Below are positions 1-12,337 of a stretch of DNA of 64,000 nt, in pieces (position 1 is the stretch's first letter; every line of letters begins with the position of its first letter). Position numbers and translations under genes: made by a program. The DNA comes from Rhina ancylostomus (taxonomy: Eukaryota): positions 11,494,507-11,558,506 of the forward strand of contig JARFYF010000060.1 of NCBI GenBank assembly GCA_030265395.1, read 5' to 3'. The notes below the pieces were generated by a model. It was not told the DNA's origin, made no database searches, and saw only the letters and a program-made list of their open reading frames with translations.

Positions 1-1080
1 TCTGTGCTCAAGAGGGCTGTAGAAGCTCCATCACTGAGTATGTTCAAAAAAGAAATCAATAAAATTTTAGATATTATGTAAATCTGGGAACATAAGGTTA
101 GTGTTGGGAAGCGATACTGAGCTTAAGAATCAGCCATGATCTTAATGGCTGGCAGGCAGACGTGAGGGGCCAAATAGCCTACTCCTGCTTCTCTTTCTTA
201 AATTATGATAATTGGAAGCACAAGTAAGCTTCCAGTCATCTCTTTTTGATCTTCTATTTGATTAATAGAATTTCTTTAACTTGCCGCTGTGATATTCCTA
301 AATGTTGAATGGTCATTGTTGAAAACCTTCACTTTGGATATTGGCACTCTTAATATCCAAAAGGATAATGGATTTATCTGACTCAGGATAAGCTGGTTCT
401 CTAGGCCAATCACCAAATGGGCAAGTGGTCTGATCAGAACTTGAAAGTGGTTGCAGAAGGCAATCAGATGTGTCTGCTCTTTGGATTTCCAATAGTGTGT
501 CTGAGTAGTTCATATTTTTGTCTCACCTTGCCTGACCTTGGGACATTCCAAACCAATTTACTATCAGAGAAGTACTGAGCATACTTGGGGGTTTCTAATA
601 ATCTCAAAACTTCTCCATTTGCACACGTCTCAGTAATTGTGTTTGGAGAAGCTAAAACAGAGAACGCTTCTGCACATATCAGATGCAGAGCTGATCAGCA
701 GAAATAAAACTGTCTGTCTTGTCATCCAATGATTGTGGATTAATTTAAAATATTAATGGAAATATGCACAAAAGTAAAAACATGCTTGATGAAAAATCTT
801 CAACCACATGGACTCATATTATTGTGTTTACTGCTGTAAAAATCATGCTGAATAATTCATGGTTTGTTTTCAAGTTAACAGGACTTGCATTAATGTAATG
901 TATGGTCTCTCAAGCCCAGAATGTATCAGTGCATCTGTGGAATGCTGTTTTTGGTGATAAGACCAACAACAAAAAAATCAAACTGAAAGAAAATGTCACA
1001 TTGCATCAAATGCACATTCTGGTTTATTGTACAGATGCCAATGAGGTTTTGCAGTTTACTTCTCTTTTTCATTCATCTAG

Positions 1081-1149
1081 GCATCTATTCTCTCTCATTG
1101 TATAAAGTACAAGTTGTATATTAGCTGGACATTACCCTTATTGTCAAAG
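1081..1149 (+). CDS. Candidate internal exon (69 nt, phase 0-0, ASILSHCIKYKLYISWTLPLLSK) of an unidentified gene or transcript extending left of the window
   Basis: Strong acceptor ttctctttttcattcatctag and donor AAG|gtaagc. Only frame 0 is open. A second strong acceptor (tttttacttttctttgtag) ends at 1830. No family recognised. Confidence 0.3.
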
Positions 1150-2647
1150 GTAAGCACAGGTAAATTTTAGTAAATTTTTTCTAAGTAAATTTCTGGTTGC
1201 TGATAGATTGTTACAGCAGCATGTTTACAAGAACAACAAAAGGCACTCTTCTGGAAAATATATACTGAAATTCCCCAAGAACACGAAGTAACCCTGGGGT
1301 AAGCACAACTTGCATCATATCCAACAACATGCATCCGCTGGGTACCGAAATGCTGATCTTGAATGCAATATTCACGATGCTTGCTTACTGTAATACAGGC
1401 ATGTGTGTAGTACTTGCTTCATTATTCATTGGCTATATATATCTTTGGGGAACGGATTTAGGGAAAGGTGATTAGCACTTCTTCAGGGGGAGAATAGAAG
1501 GTGGATAAAGGACTGATACATTTACCAGGAAATGCATGGCCAAGTCATAATATTTTATTATATGAATTCAATTACTTTTCAATGAACATACATTTATACT
1601 AATTCTGCTAACGGTAATGCTGAATTTTAAAATAAAGCCTTACAGTTCATATAATAAAGCATTGATTTGATGGTGAAAGGCTAATCTTGATTTTTAAATC
1701 CTGATTGACATGAATTCCTTTTGGAAGTTTTGAATATCTAATAACTTAGTCAATATCTTCTGACTATTTTTCCCACCTTAATAATCTTACAATTTGGAAT
1801 GAATCCGAATATTTTTACTTTTCTTTGTAGGTAGGTGAACCCTCTTAATAACATAATTCCTGAATTTGGCCTGAATCCACCTGAGTCAGTAAAGACTTGA
1901 TCAAGGATCACAAACTGAACAACTCAACGATCCTTTAATGGTTTATTGTACCCCTTTAAACACGTTGTTGCCTTCAAACACTACTCACATACACGTTTCT
2001 TTATAACTCTCTCAGATTTCAAACACCACTTGGAAGAGCATGTTTCCACATGTACAAGTGGTCAGGTTATCCATGGTTCCCTTGCAGAGCTTTGCGTACC
2101 CTTTGTATAAAGCAAAAACTCTCCCTCTGGCAGATGATTCATGCAAACCCTCCTTTTGATCATCCTACCTTAACCTTGACTGCTTGTTCCAAGTCCTTAA
2201 TGTCTTTGATTTTATTACTTCTTCTAAATCAGTGGATTAATCCATTTTACTCAAAATAAGCTCAATGTGCTGGTAGAATTAATTTAGTATTTACATCGGA
2301 CACTGAAGTTCTATTGGCACTTTAAGAATGAAAGGTATTTAAGATCAACAAATCAAATCCAAAATTGGGGACAAATTCATAAGGCCTAGTGTACATGATG
2401 AGGTCTTCAAACTGTTATTGCATAATCTTATTATTTTAGTCTGATGTACTATCCAAAAAGACAAAATGGATGGCATGGACAAGTCGGGCTGAAGGGACTG
2501 TTTCTGTGCTGTATGATTCTGTGACTTTATGAATGAGAAGGAACTGTTTTACAAAATTGTCTTCTCAGGAGATGCACTTAATATTTTGCTGTCTAAAAGT
2601 CACGAGAGAATGGTGGTGGGGCTGTGTGTGGGACCCTCAAAGTACAG

Positions 2648-2933
2648 TGTCATGATTCTGAGTACTGGCCCTCGATTTGGCTCCTTAGATGCCTTGTTGT
2701 ACAGCACATGGTTTCCATGCTGGACTGATTGCNNNNNNNNNNNNNNNNNNNNNNNNNNNNNNNNNNNNNNNNNNNNNNNNNNNNNNNNNNNNNNNNNNNN
2801 NNNNNNNNNNNNNNNNNNNNNNNNNNNNNNNNTGCCTGTGTTTGGTCCTGAGGAAGTATCCTGACTCCAGTCTTGTACCAGTGTGCTGCATTTGGGTTTT
2901 CTGTGAGCTCGCTCTTTGCTCAACCTTGTGACA
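2648..2933. mobile_element. Solo LTR (Ty3/Gypsy-type), interrupted by an assembly gap
   Basis: TGTCA...TGACA termini with a perfect 5-bp TSD tacag (2643-2647 and 2934-2938). The same sequence start recurs at 54623. Confidence 0.85.
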
Positions 2934-2979
2934 TACAGTGGTAGGGAGGGTGACAACCCAGAAGGTTACAAGAAGTTCC

Positions 2980-3450
2980 AGTACAAGCTTGAGGAACAAC
3001 ACCTCACCTTTGGTATAGGCATGTTGCAGCCCATCAGGCTCAATATTGATTTCTCTGACTTTAGGTAAGGCACTCTTTCTTTCTATGAACTGGCCATTTC
3101 TGCTTGTCATCATATTGGCTCAGTTTCTCTTATTCTAGTCATATATTCTGTTCTACTGGAGATGTACCAGAGCTTTGCCATAGAGAAGCATAATGTGCTG
3201 GTAACTGCTCACATTAACGCATTTAGTCTCACACTACCGGAGATATTCTCTTTGTTCTACCCATCCTTCCTGCGCTTTCTAAATGACTGAAATCTAGCTT
3301 GTTTTTCTTTCTTTCCTGGTTCCGACAAAGCGTCCCACACCTGAATTGTTAGCTGCTTCTCTTTCCACAGATGCAGCCTGACCTGCTGAGAGTTTCCTGT
3401 GATTTCTGTCTTTGTTTCAGATTTCCAGCATCTGCAGTTTTTTTTATTTT
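2980..3450 (+). mobile_element. Penelope-like element 3' end (end of GIY-YIG ORF plus terminal repeat)
   Basis: 2980-3068 reads KLEEQHLTFGIGMLQPIRLNIDFSDFR*, matching the typical PLE C-terminus. The cagatgcagcctgacctgctgag terminal motif follows at about 3365-3440. Confidence 0.7.
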
Positions 3451-6400
3451 TCAGCCCAGGGTGTTGATGCATTCAGAAAGAAATATGAAATTCTTTATTC
3501 CTAAAAGCTTTTGGAGTTGGGAGGTCAATTGAAGATTTCAAGGCAGTGAATGACAGAGTTTTGTTTGGGAAGGGTCCTAAGGAGGTGAATAGATTGAACA
3601 AAAAGATTTGAAATAGCTATGATTTATAAGAGTAGACTAGATTTTGGGAGATTACCAGCCTCCTTCATTTATGTTCCTGCTTGGTTTGAGTCAAAGAGTC
3701 ATGGAGTTATACAGCATGGAAACAGGCCCTTTGGCCCAACTCTTCCATACTGACCAAGTTGCCTACCTGAGCTAGTTCCATTTGGCCCATGTCCCTCTAA
3801 ACCTTTCCTATCCATGTACCTGCCTAAAAGACTTTTAAATGTTGTAATTGTACCCGCCTCTACAGCTTCCTCTTTAAAGTGTTTCTAAGCTATTCTGACG
3901 TGGCACCACATACAGACCAGACATTCACAAGAATATAAGAAAATAGAAACTGGAGTAGACCAGCAGGGCCCTCAAGCCTGCCCCACAGTTCAACATGATC
4001 ATAGCTGACCAATCTCAGATCGCAACTGCTCCTCTGTGCACCATCTTTCCAACATGAAAGAGGCTCATTCATTCCAATTCTCTGCTTTAGATATTTAAGA
4101 TATTTATTTATTATTCACATGTACATCGAAACACACAGTGAAATGAGTCTATTTCCTTTACCGAGAATGTGCTGGGGGCAGCCCGCAAGTGTCGCCACTC
4201 TTCTGGCACCAGCATCGCATGCCCACAGCTCCTAACCTGTACGTCTCTGGAATGTGGGAGGAAACCGGAGGNNNNNNNNNNNNNNNNNNNNNNNNNNNNN
4301 NNNNNNNNNNNNNNNNNNNNNNNNNNNNNNNNNNNNNNNNNNNNNNNNNNNNNNNNNNNNNNNNNNNNNNNNNNNNNNNNNNNNNNNNNNNNNNNNNNNN
4401 NNNNNNNNNNNNNNNNNNNNNNNNNNNNNNNNNNNNNNNNNNNNNNNNNNNNNNNNNNNNNNNNNNNNNNNNNNNNNNNNNNNNNNNNNNNNNNNNNNNN
4501 NNNNNNNNNNNNNNNNNNNNNNNNNNNNNNNNNNNNNNNNNNNNNNNNNNNNNNNNNNNNNNNNNNNNNNNNNNNNNNNNNNNNNNNNNNNNNNNNNNNN
4601 NNNNNNNNNNNNNNNNNNNNNNNNNNNNNNNNNNNNNNNNNNNNNNNNNNNNNNNNNNNNNNNNNNNNNNNNNNNNNNNNNNNNNNNNNNNNNNNNNNNN
4701 NNNNNNNNNNNNNNNNNNNNNNNNNNNNNNNNNNNAACGTACGAACTCCTTACAGACAGCGGTGGGAATTGAACCTGGGTCACTGGTGCTGTAATAAGCG
4801 TTACACTAACTGCTACCTTCTGATAGTCAATTTTCAATCCATTTCCATACACCTTCCACTTGTGGTTCCTGACCACTGACCAGATTGAAAACCTTTCCGG
4901 GTTTTCCTCTTCCTTTAGGACACTGCATCCAATTGTGGGGCCTTAACTGCTGATCAGATCCAGCCCAGAAAATTCACTTTGGGTTCATGGATGTCCTGTG
5001 CAAAGTCCATGGTACAGAACCATATATCAAGTTACAGCATGTCAGTTTGATGGCTTGGGGCAGATAATGAATAGGCTAATCCAACCTTCAACCACACCCT
5101 TTTTGTGAAGTTCTTACACCTCCCCTTGAGCAAGAATTCCAGTAATGGGAGCCTTTGACACATGCTGTTACTTGAACGTGAGTGAAAAGAAAACTAAATG
5201 TGTTTTAAACAAGAACTGTTAAAGGGATTCTCCATTTCTTTTGTACATTACATTTGCACATTTCTGTCACATTACAGACAAGGACGACCCCAGCATCATT
5301 CTCAGCAGAGAATGTCGAGAGGTTGCTGCAATAAATATTAGTACACCCGGAGAGAGAGAACAAAAAACAGACAGGATCTTTGTTTCTGATTTTATCTGGT
5401 TAATATTATTAGAAAATGGAATGTTGTTGGCAAACAAGATATGATCAAGGATAGAAACAACAGTGATGCTCCCAGCTTGATTTGTGATCACACAAACAGA
5501 AAATCAATGTTTCCACACTTTAGGATCACATGTGGTTGGTGGAAGTGAGGTACGAATGATGGGTGGGAGTAGTCGAAGGGATGATGGGAGAAAATAGTGC
5601 AAGTGACACATTTCCCTTCCATTTTATAGCAAAATAAAATCTGGGTGAATTTTGACTCTGCTTTAGGTTTGATTTTGCCAATAAATATCTCCCTTACTGC
5701 TCTATTTACTCTACCTCTGATCTTCGAGCCATATTTATAAAAGCCTTCTCAAACAAAATAGCAGCATGGTGTAACACTCATCAAAGTGCAGTNNNNNNNN
5801 NNNNNNNNNNNNNNNNNNNNNNNNNNNNNNNNNNNNNNNNNNNNNNNNNNNNNNNNNNNNNNNNNNNNNNNNNNNNNNNNNNNNNNNNNNNNTCAAAGTG
5901 AAGTATATTAAGTTCTTATGTTATTTGTATTCCAGTGTATTACATAACTCAGTGAGACTAGGAAAATTAGGGAAACATTTACCTGTTACAGCAGTCTACG
6001 CTTAATTTTCTGAAGTAGAGTACTGCAGTAGTTCACCACAAACACTATGCCTTAAGTTAAGAGTGATCCCATTAACCTTAACACAGTACTTGCACATCAT
6101 ATTAGTATAACGCACTGCTTCTTCAATCAAAAGTGATCTACGTGGCATGACAGTTGCTATATAAGAACAGTTATGCATATATAGTTAGCTGTTTAAACAT
6201 GTCACAGGTTTTCCCATCTCAGAGACCTTCCTAACAGTGTGGAACTGATTGGATGTCATTCCAAGGCCTTCTCATGACATCTTCTGAATCCTGTGTCTCA
6301 ATATTTGGATTGCATCCTGTTCTTCAATTACCGCTTGTGGAAGATCGTTTGGTAAGTTGTATCTCTGACCCTTGTTTACTCCGTATGCCCTGACACCCTG

Positions 6401-6619
6401 GATGGACACCATGTGGTCCAAATGAACTTTTCTGTATCTGTTATTGACTCTTGCTATTTATTTCTCGCCCCAAATCCTTCTGCACCATTTCCAAGGTTCG
6501 ACCTTGATGTTGCACTTGTCCTGAAGGTCAGAGTATCTTCACCCAACCTCATAACTGGAATCTTCTTGTTGATCTCTGACCTTGGATTTATCTCTGGTTC
6601 CTCTACCTTCCTCTACGGT

Positions 6620-7177
6620 TGTAGTAAGAATCCTGAAATGTTGGCCAGAGAGCGCAAGGAACAATTGCTGGGATCAAATGTGTGTGTGCGGGGAAGGGTA
6701 ACCTGGGTGCTCGGTAACCAAAGTATTGTCTCTGCATACATGAGCCTGCAGTGCCTGAGGCAATAGTCAGGTAGGGGCTAGGGGAGGAGAGAAGTGAGCA
6801 GGGTATAAAAGAGTGAGCCCACTGGTGGTGAGGTCTCTTGGATTTGGGCTCACCACAGGTTAGGTCGCGACTGACGCTGTGGACCAATTGGAACAGGGCA
6901 CTGCAGTTAAACGGGCTCAGGCGCACTTCCGAGATAAGTATCACTTGTTGTAANNNNNNNNNNNNNNNNNNNNNNNNNNNNNNNNNNNNNNNNNNNNNNN
7001 NNNNNNNNNNNNNNNNNNNNNNNNNNNNNNNNNNNNNNNNNNNNNNNNNNNNNCTCACTTCAGAGATAAGTATCACTTGTTGTAATTTAGCAATAAAGTG
7101 CATTGTGCGCAGCATTGCGTGTGCAAGGCCTATTTTTATCAGATCTGCGAACAACCCTGCTTAACTTTGGCACAACA
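6620..7177 (+). repeat. ERV 5' LTR
   Basis: Starts tgtagtaag and ends cacaaca. TATAAAA at 6804-6810 and AATAAA at 7092-7097. Aligns with 11912-12337. Contains a 100-N gap. Confidence 0.93.
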
Positions 7178-7179
7178 AT

Positions 7180-7197
7180 TGACGTCACTAACAGGAT
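7180..7197 (+). other. Primer binding site, tRNA-Ser(CGA) type
   Basis: TGACGTCACTAACAGGAT matches at 16/18 the complement (TGGCGTCACGAACAGGAT) of the 3' end of vertebrate tRNA-Ser(CGA), recalled from memory. It lies 2 nt after the LTR end. Confidence 0.75.
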
Positions 7198-7221
7198 CTG
7201 GTGAAATAAACTGCACTCACA

Positions 7222-7667
7222 ATGTTCAAGAAGAGTAAAAATGTTGAGTTGACTCCTGAATTGTTCTGTGTCCCCGAGTGGACTGACAACTCTGAGGGCT
7301 TTGGTAGTCTGGCCAACTTATTGGCGGCACATGGTGCCCCAGTGGACAAGCAGAAACCTGCAGGCATGGAGCTGGGGCACTGCATGGTCTTATTGCTCCA
7401 GGCTAGCGGGTTCCCAGGTAGAAAGGGTAACCAGCAGGAGCTTAGGAAATTGAGGGAAGAGAATGGTAATTTAAAACAGAGATGCACCATGATGGGCAAA
7501 TCTGCGATAAGCTCTCAGCAGAGGGCTGAGGTGTTCGGGGATAAAAGTGTGAAGATGGCCAGCAAATTAATCAAGGCTAAGTAGGAGAAAGCAGACCAGT
7601 GGTCCCACTAGACCCATCAAAGGTGTGGGCCACAGTTTTAAAGGGTGACGACCCCAGATAGCTGGGG
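7222..7667 (+). pseudogene. gag: ERV gag N-terminal remnant
   Basis: 120-aa ORF with a coiled-coil-like stretch (ELRKLREENGNLKQR), then frameshifted PSKVWATVLKGDDP/DSW, resembling ERV-L gag KVRALIGKEWDP..WNG. It runs into a gap. Confidence 0.7.
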
Positions 7668-7848
7668 NNNNNNNNNNNNNNNNNNNNNNNNNNNNNNNNN
7701 NNNNNNNNNNNNNNNNNNNNNNNNNNNNNNNNNNNNNNNNNNNNNNNNNNNNNNNNNNNNNNNNNNNNNNNNNNNNNNNNNNNNNNNNNNNNNNNNNNNN
7801 NNNNNNNNNNNNNNNNNNNNNNNNNNNNNNNNNNNNNNNNNNNNNNNN

Positions 7849-10553
7849 TTCTATTGACAATGGTCATCCGCTTTCAGGAACCATTTTGGTGACCCCCCCC
7901 CCCCCACCGCCCCTCTGGAGTGTATCCTGGGGATGAATGCATTAAGGGGATGATCATTACACACCAGAAGGGGTCCCTTTATCTTTGAGGTTTGTAAAGC
8001 TACAATTACATTCGGCGAGGCCAGGTTGTGCCCTATGGTGATACCCCACCTGCAGAGGTAGTGAACATCGAATACCGGGAGGTACCACAGAAATTAGTGA
8101 GACCATGGAACCACTCCTCCATACGGCCCAGTTACCTCCCCCTTTCACAGTCTGGTGTGGCCTGTGCGTAAACCCAACGGCTCATGGAGGATGACCATCA
8201 ACTACTGTCAGCTGAACCAACACGTACTGCCTTTGTCCTCAGCAGTACCCGATGTAGTCACTGTAGTCGAGAACATCAGGGGAAGGGAAGACAAGCGCTG
8301 GTGTGTGGTCGTGGACTTGGCAAATACATTCTTCTCTATCCCACTGAGCCAGGAATCGCAGGACCAATTTGCATCTATCTGAGAAGGCAGGTAGTGCACC
8401 TTCTGCCGCTTGCCTCAGGGATGTGTACACAGTCCTACCCTCTGCCATGGGATCATTGCCAGGGACCTGCACCGCATACCCTGGAGCCCTAACGTTTCTA
8501 CCTCCCACTACATCAATGACATCAAGCTGCAAGGAACGGATGAAGAATTGGTGGCGCAGGCCCTTCACTTACTACGCAGCAACTTAAGGGACAGAGGATG
8601 GTGCCTTAATCCAGCCAAGATACAAGGCCCCAGCCATAATGTTTCCTGGGTATCCAATGGCATGCCGGACATCGCGAGATCCCAGAGAAGTCAAAACGAA
8701 AGCTCCTGAAGACAGCAGTCCTTACCAGCAAGGAGGAAACACAGTGATTTGTTGGGCTTCTTGGCTACTGGAGGGAGCACATACCCCACTTGACCATACT
8801 TCTGTGACCACTCTACCAAGTGTTGAGGAAGAAGGCAAACTTCCAGTGGGGAGCGGAACAGGCATTCGATGGAGCCATGCTCGCCGTGGAGTGAGCTCCT
8901 CCTCTGGACTCCCGACAGCAAGGCTTCCTGTATGAATTGCAAATGTCAACCACCAACACTGTGGTAGAATGGAGTCTCTGGCAGATGCTGAAGGGCAAGC
9001 AAGTCCCCATTGGCTTCTGGACTAAGATAAGATAAGGCATTGACATCGACGGAACACCAAACAGAAGCCGCTCCGGTTACTCCCAGGCCCCACCTGCCCA
9101 TCATGCAGTGGGTGAAGTCGGATAATACCACACACAAGGAGGGCCGTGCCCAGCCCTCCTTGATTGTCAAGTGTAAATGGTACATCGTGGACCATGCGAA
9201 GAAGTGGCCAGATGGCATCAGTCGGTTGCACGAATAGGTGATGGATCTTCCTCAGGTGGAATCCCGCCTCACACAGGAAGACCTCTCTCAATCCCCGGTC
9301 TCTTGGGGATGCCCGTATGATGTGCAGACTGAGGATGAAATGAAAGAGGCTTGGTTTGCTGACGGGTCTAGTGGATGGAAGAATGGGAAACAGTGCTGGA
9401 AGGCTGCAACACTACACCTGGACACCGGTCTTACCCGTGTCACAGAGGGTGGCGGAGGGTTCAGCCAACTGGCCAAACTTGTGGCTGCCACCTTGTCTCT
9501 GAAAGACGATAAGGGCCCCATCCGACTGTAGATGGACTCCTGGGCTGTTACCAATGGTACAACTGTTTAGATGACCTCGTGCAATAGCAGGACTGGAACA
9601 CCCATGGCCTTCCATTATGGGGCCAGCCCCACTGGGAACACATTTGGCAAGAGGCTGGGCTGCGGCCCATCACCATCTACCACTAAGATGCCCACACTCC
9701 CAGCAAGGATAACGAGTCCACTCACGACGTTGCTGTCGACAAGGCTGCACAGATTGTGAGTCTCGCTCCTGCACAGCCAGAGTGCTTGGCAGGCTGGCTG
9801 CATCAGAAGAGTGGCCATCCAGGGGTGGAGCCATGCAGGAAATGGGCCAAAGCAAGAAAGGTATCACCAGTTGGTGACAAAGCAAAGATGGTGGTAAACC
9901 AATGTGAGAAGAGCCAGACAGTAAAGCCCTGTAACTTCCCCATGGTTCCAAGAGGGGCAATCCGACGTGGAAGTGGCGCTGGACGAGTTTGGCAGACTGA
10001 CTACATTGGCCCGCTGCCACCCCAGAACAAGAAGAAGTGCATCTTGGCCACTGTGGACTCTTATTCAGGAGTACTGACTGCATTTCTCTGCAGCTGAGCA
10101 GACCTAGGAAGCACTAGAAAAGGACTGCAACAGCTATCCTAAATATATGGAACATCAGGGGAGACACAGTCAGATAATGGATCTCACTTCTCCCGATCAC
10201 AAGTCCAGGAGTCGGCTGCGGATTCTGCTATATTGTGGGTCTTCCATATGACCTACTACCCCCAGGCATCAGGACTTATTGAGTGGATGAACGGACTTCT
10301 GAAGCAGCAGATAAGACAACTGACGCCGACCTACACATTGCAGGGGTGGTTTGTAGTATTGCAGCAGGCTGTGAGCAATTTAAATGCCCGACCCTCTAAA
10401 TACGGAGGCACACCTATGTCTCGACACTTGGCCATCGCTGACAACCCAAAGGGGGATGATAACTCTGCCAAACAAGGACTCAGGGAAGGTATGAGTTTGT
10501 TTGCCCCAGAAAGGGCCAGGGAAAGGAGAGGTGGTGACCTGTGGACCTGGTGA
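7849..10553 (+). pseudogene. pol: ERV pro-pol (protease C-terminus, RT, tether, RNase H, integrase) with many stops and frameshifts
   Basis: Protease: ECILGMNAL. RT: WPVRKPNGSWRMTINY, DLANTFFSIP, LPQGCVHSPTLCH, HYIND (degenerate YIDD), NPAKIQGP. Tether: LPIMQWV..HKEGRAQ..KWYI. RNase H: AWFADGS, DSWAV. IN: LHQKSGH, WQTDYIGPLP, SDNGSHF, YPQASGLIEWMNGLLKQQ. All closely follow ERV-L/HERV-S pol. Confidence 0.95.
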
Positions 10554-10655
10554 CACACGATGGGTAGCGGTAGAGGGGGAGCTGGGGCTAATGTGCTTGA
10601 ACACCCAACAGTTGACAAAAAGAGAGTGAGTGTATGTGATTGATCCAGGGGGGAG

Positions 10656-11900
10656 ATGAAGCTGGTATTTCTAGTCCTGATGGTGGTCGACTGTACAGAT
10701 GCCTCTGCCTACATCAATGAGGCTCCGATCCGAAACTCCTTCTTCTCCCTCTGTTATGAATGAGCCAGCTGCCTTATAGATCTGACCATTGGCGCCTCAC
10801 TGTGACGAAGAAGGGATTCCACTCTGGGCCATACCCCTGAACGAGAGTGAGCAGTTGTCTGCGTGGGCCTCCTCTAATAAGACCAGGAGAAGTGCAGCCA
10901 AGACCTGTGCCCATTGCAGTGACTGTGGGTGTCACTGTTTTGAGGGGTGATACCACCCATCACCCCTGCACCCTAATGCCACGAGCAATTTAAATAAAAT
11001 GGCCCTGGCAGTACACAGATAGCAGCAAATGGAGGCCACCTGCTGCTGTAATAATGAGGGGAAAGGGACCTTCATCGGTAATGGCTTATGTACTCGTTAC
11101 ACCACCGCAGACCACCCGCCCTAGTCGATGGTACCTACAGAGCATGCGGAGGGAACACATACCCCTAGCTTCCTGGAATGCCAGGTGACCTGTGGGCCTC
11201 ATGGCCAGATCCTGAACCCTGGAGAGGGTGCTGTTACCTGGCGCATGTCGTACCCCACTTGCGGCACCTGAAGGAGCTGAGGGGGCACCCCCACCTGACC
11301 CGAGCTGAAAGGGCCATCACTGAGGCCGCAAGTTTTGGGTGACAGCCTGCCCTGCCTGTAGAGTGGTGACAGCAGCCAGAGAGCTGATTGATATGGCCTC
11401 AGCCATAGCAGCTCTTGCAAATAGGAAGTCCACTGCCTTTAGTGAGCTTAAAGAAGCCCTCACTGAGCTGTCAGCAGAATCAGTGGCTGTCCGGTCGGTA
11501 GCCCAGCAGAACCGGATGGCCATAGACTTCACCCTGTCTGAGAAAGGGGGTACATGTGCTGTAAGAAAGGGGGTACACAGGCTGTACCTTTATTTCCAAC
11601 AGCTCTGATAACATCACGAACCTGGCGAGCCGTATTCAAAGGACAGTGGGAAAGATGAACAAGTTTGGGGAACAATATCATGATTATTACTCTCCTGGGG
11701 GTTAGTAGCCCTTTGGAACAATAGGGAATTGGTGGTTCACTATGGTACATTGGGGTCTGACAATAGGGGTAATAATATTGGCTTTTATATTANNNNNNNN
11801 NNNNNNNNNNNNNNNNNNNNNNNNNNNNNNNNNNNNNNNNNNNNNNNNNNNNNNNNNNGGGATGCACAGGGATGTCTTAGATTGCAAGCGCCCTCTGGCC
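10656..11900 (+). pseudogene. env: ERV env remnant, gamma-type TM
   Basis: Signal-like MKLVFLVLMVVDCTDA at 10656 and a degenerate cleavage site RAER. Heptad region followed by immunosuppressive-domain motif QQNRMAIDFTLSEKGGTCAV..CTFI. Membrane anchor HWGLTIGVIILAFIL. Confidence 0.88.
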
Positions 11901-11911
11901 GAGGGGTGGAA

Positions 11912-12337
11912 TGTAGTAAGAAAACTGAAATGTCAGCCAGAGAGGGCAAGGAACAATTGCTGGGATCAAATGTGTGTGTGTGGAGGGGGGAAGGGTGACC
12001 TGGGTGCCAGGTAACCAAGGTATTGTCTCTGCAGACATGAGCCTGTAGTGCTCGAGGTAACGGTCACGCAATGGGTTGACCTGGACAAAGGATCGACCCA
12101 GCTAGGGGCGGAGAGAAGTGACCTGGGTATAAAAGAGTGAGCACACCAGTGGTGAGGTCTCTTGGATTTGGGCTCGCCACAGGTTAGGTCGTGACTGATG
12201 CTGTGGACCGATCGGAATGGGTCACGGCAGTTAAACGGGCTCAGGCGCAGCAATAAAGTGCGTCGTGTGCAGCATTGCGTGCGCAAGGCCTATTTCTATC
12301 GGATCTGTGAACAATCCTGCTTAACTTTGGCACAACA
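11912..12337 (+). repeat. ERV 3' LTR
   Basis: Follows the PPT. Starts tgtagtaag and ends cacaaca. TATAAAA at 12128-12134 and AATAAA at 12252-12257. Confidence 0.93.

Larger units (their letters stand above)
6620..12337 (+). mobile_element. Endogenous retrovirus provirus, class III (ERV-L/HERV-S-like), defective, with env
   Basis: Paired TG...CA LTRs, PBS, gag-pro-pol-env remnants in order, and PPT gaggggtggaa at 11901-11911 resembling the ERV-L PPT. Confidence 0.95.

Noticed and set aside
4169-4879. Long ORFs of 170-236 aa here and at 26609-27314
   Set aside because: They are artefacts of translating through N runs.
6925-7085. Apparent tandem duplication (cacttc.gagataagtatcacttgttgtaa) inside the 5' LTR, and a similar one at 5780-5904
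   Set aside because: The copies sit on either side of a 100-N gap, so they are most likely unmerged overlapping contig ends.
10656-11900. Co-opted syncytin-like env
   Set aside because: Multiple stops and frameshifts, with no intact ORF.
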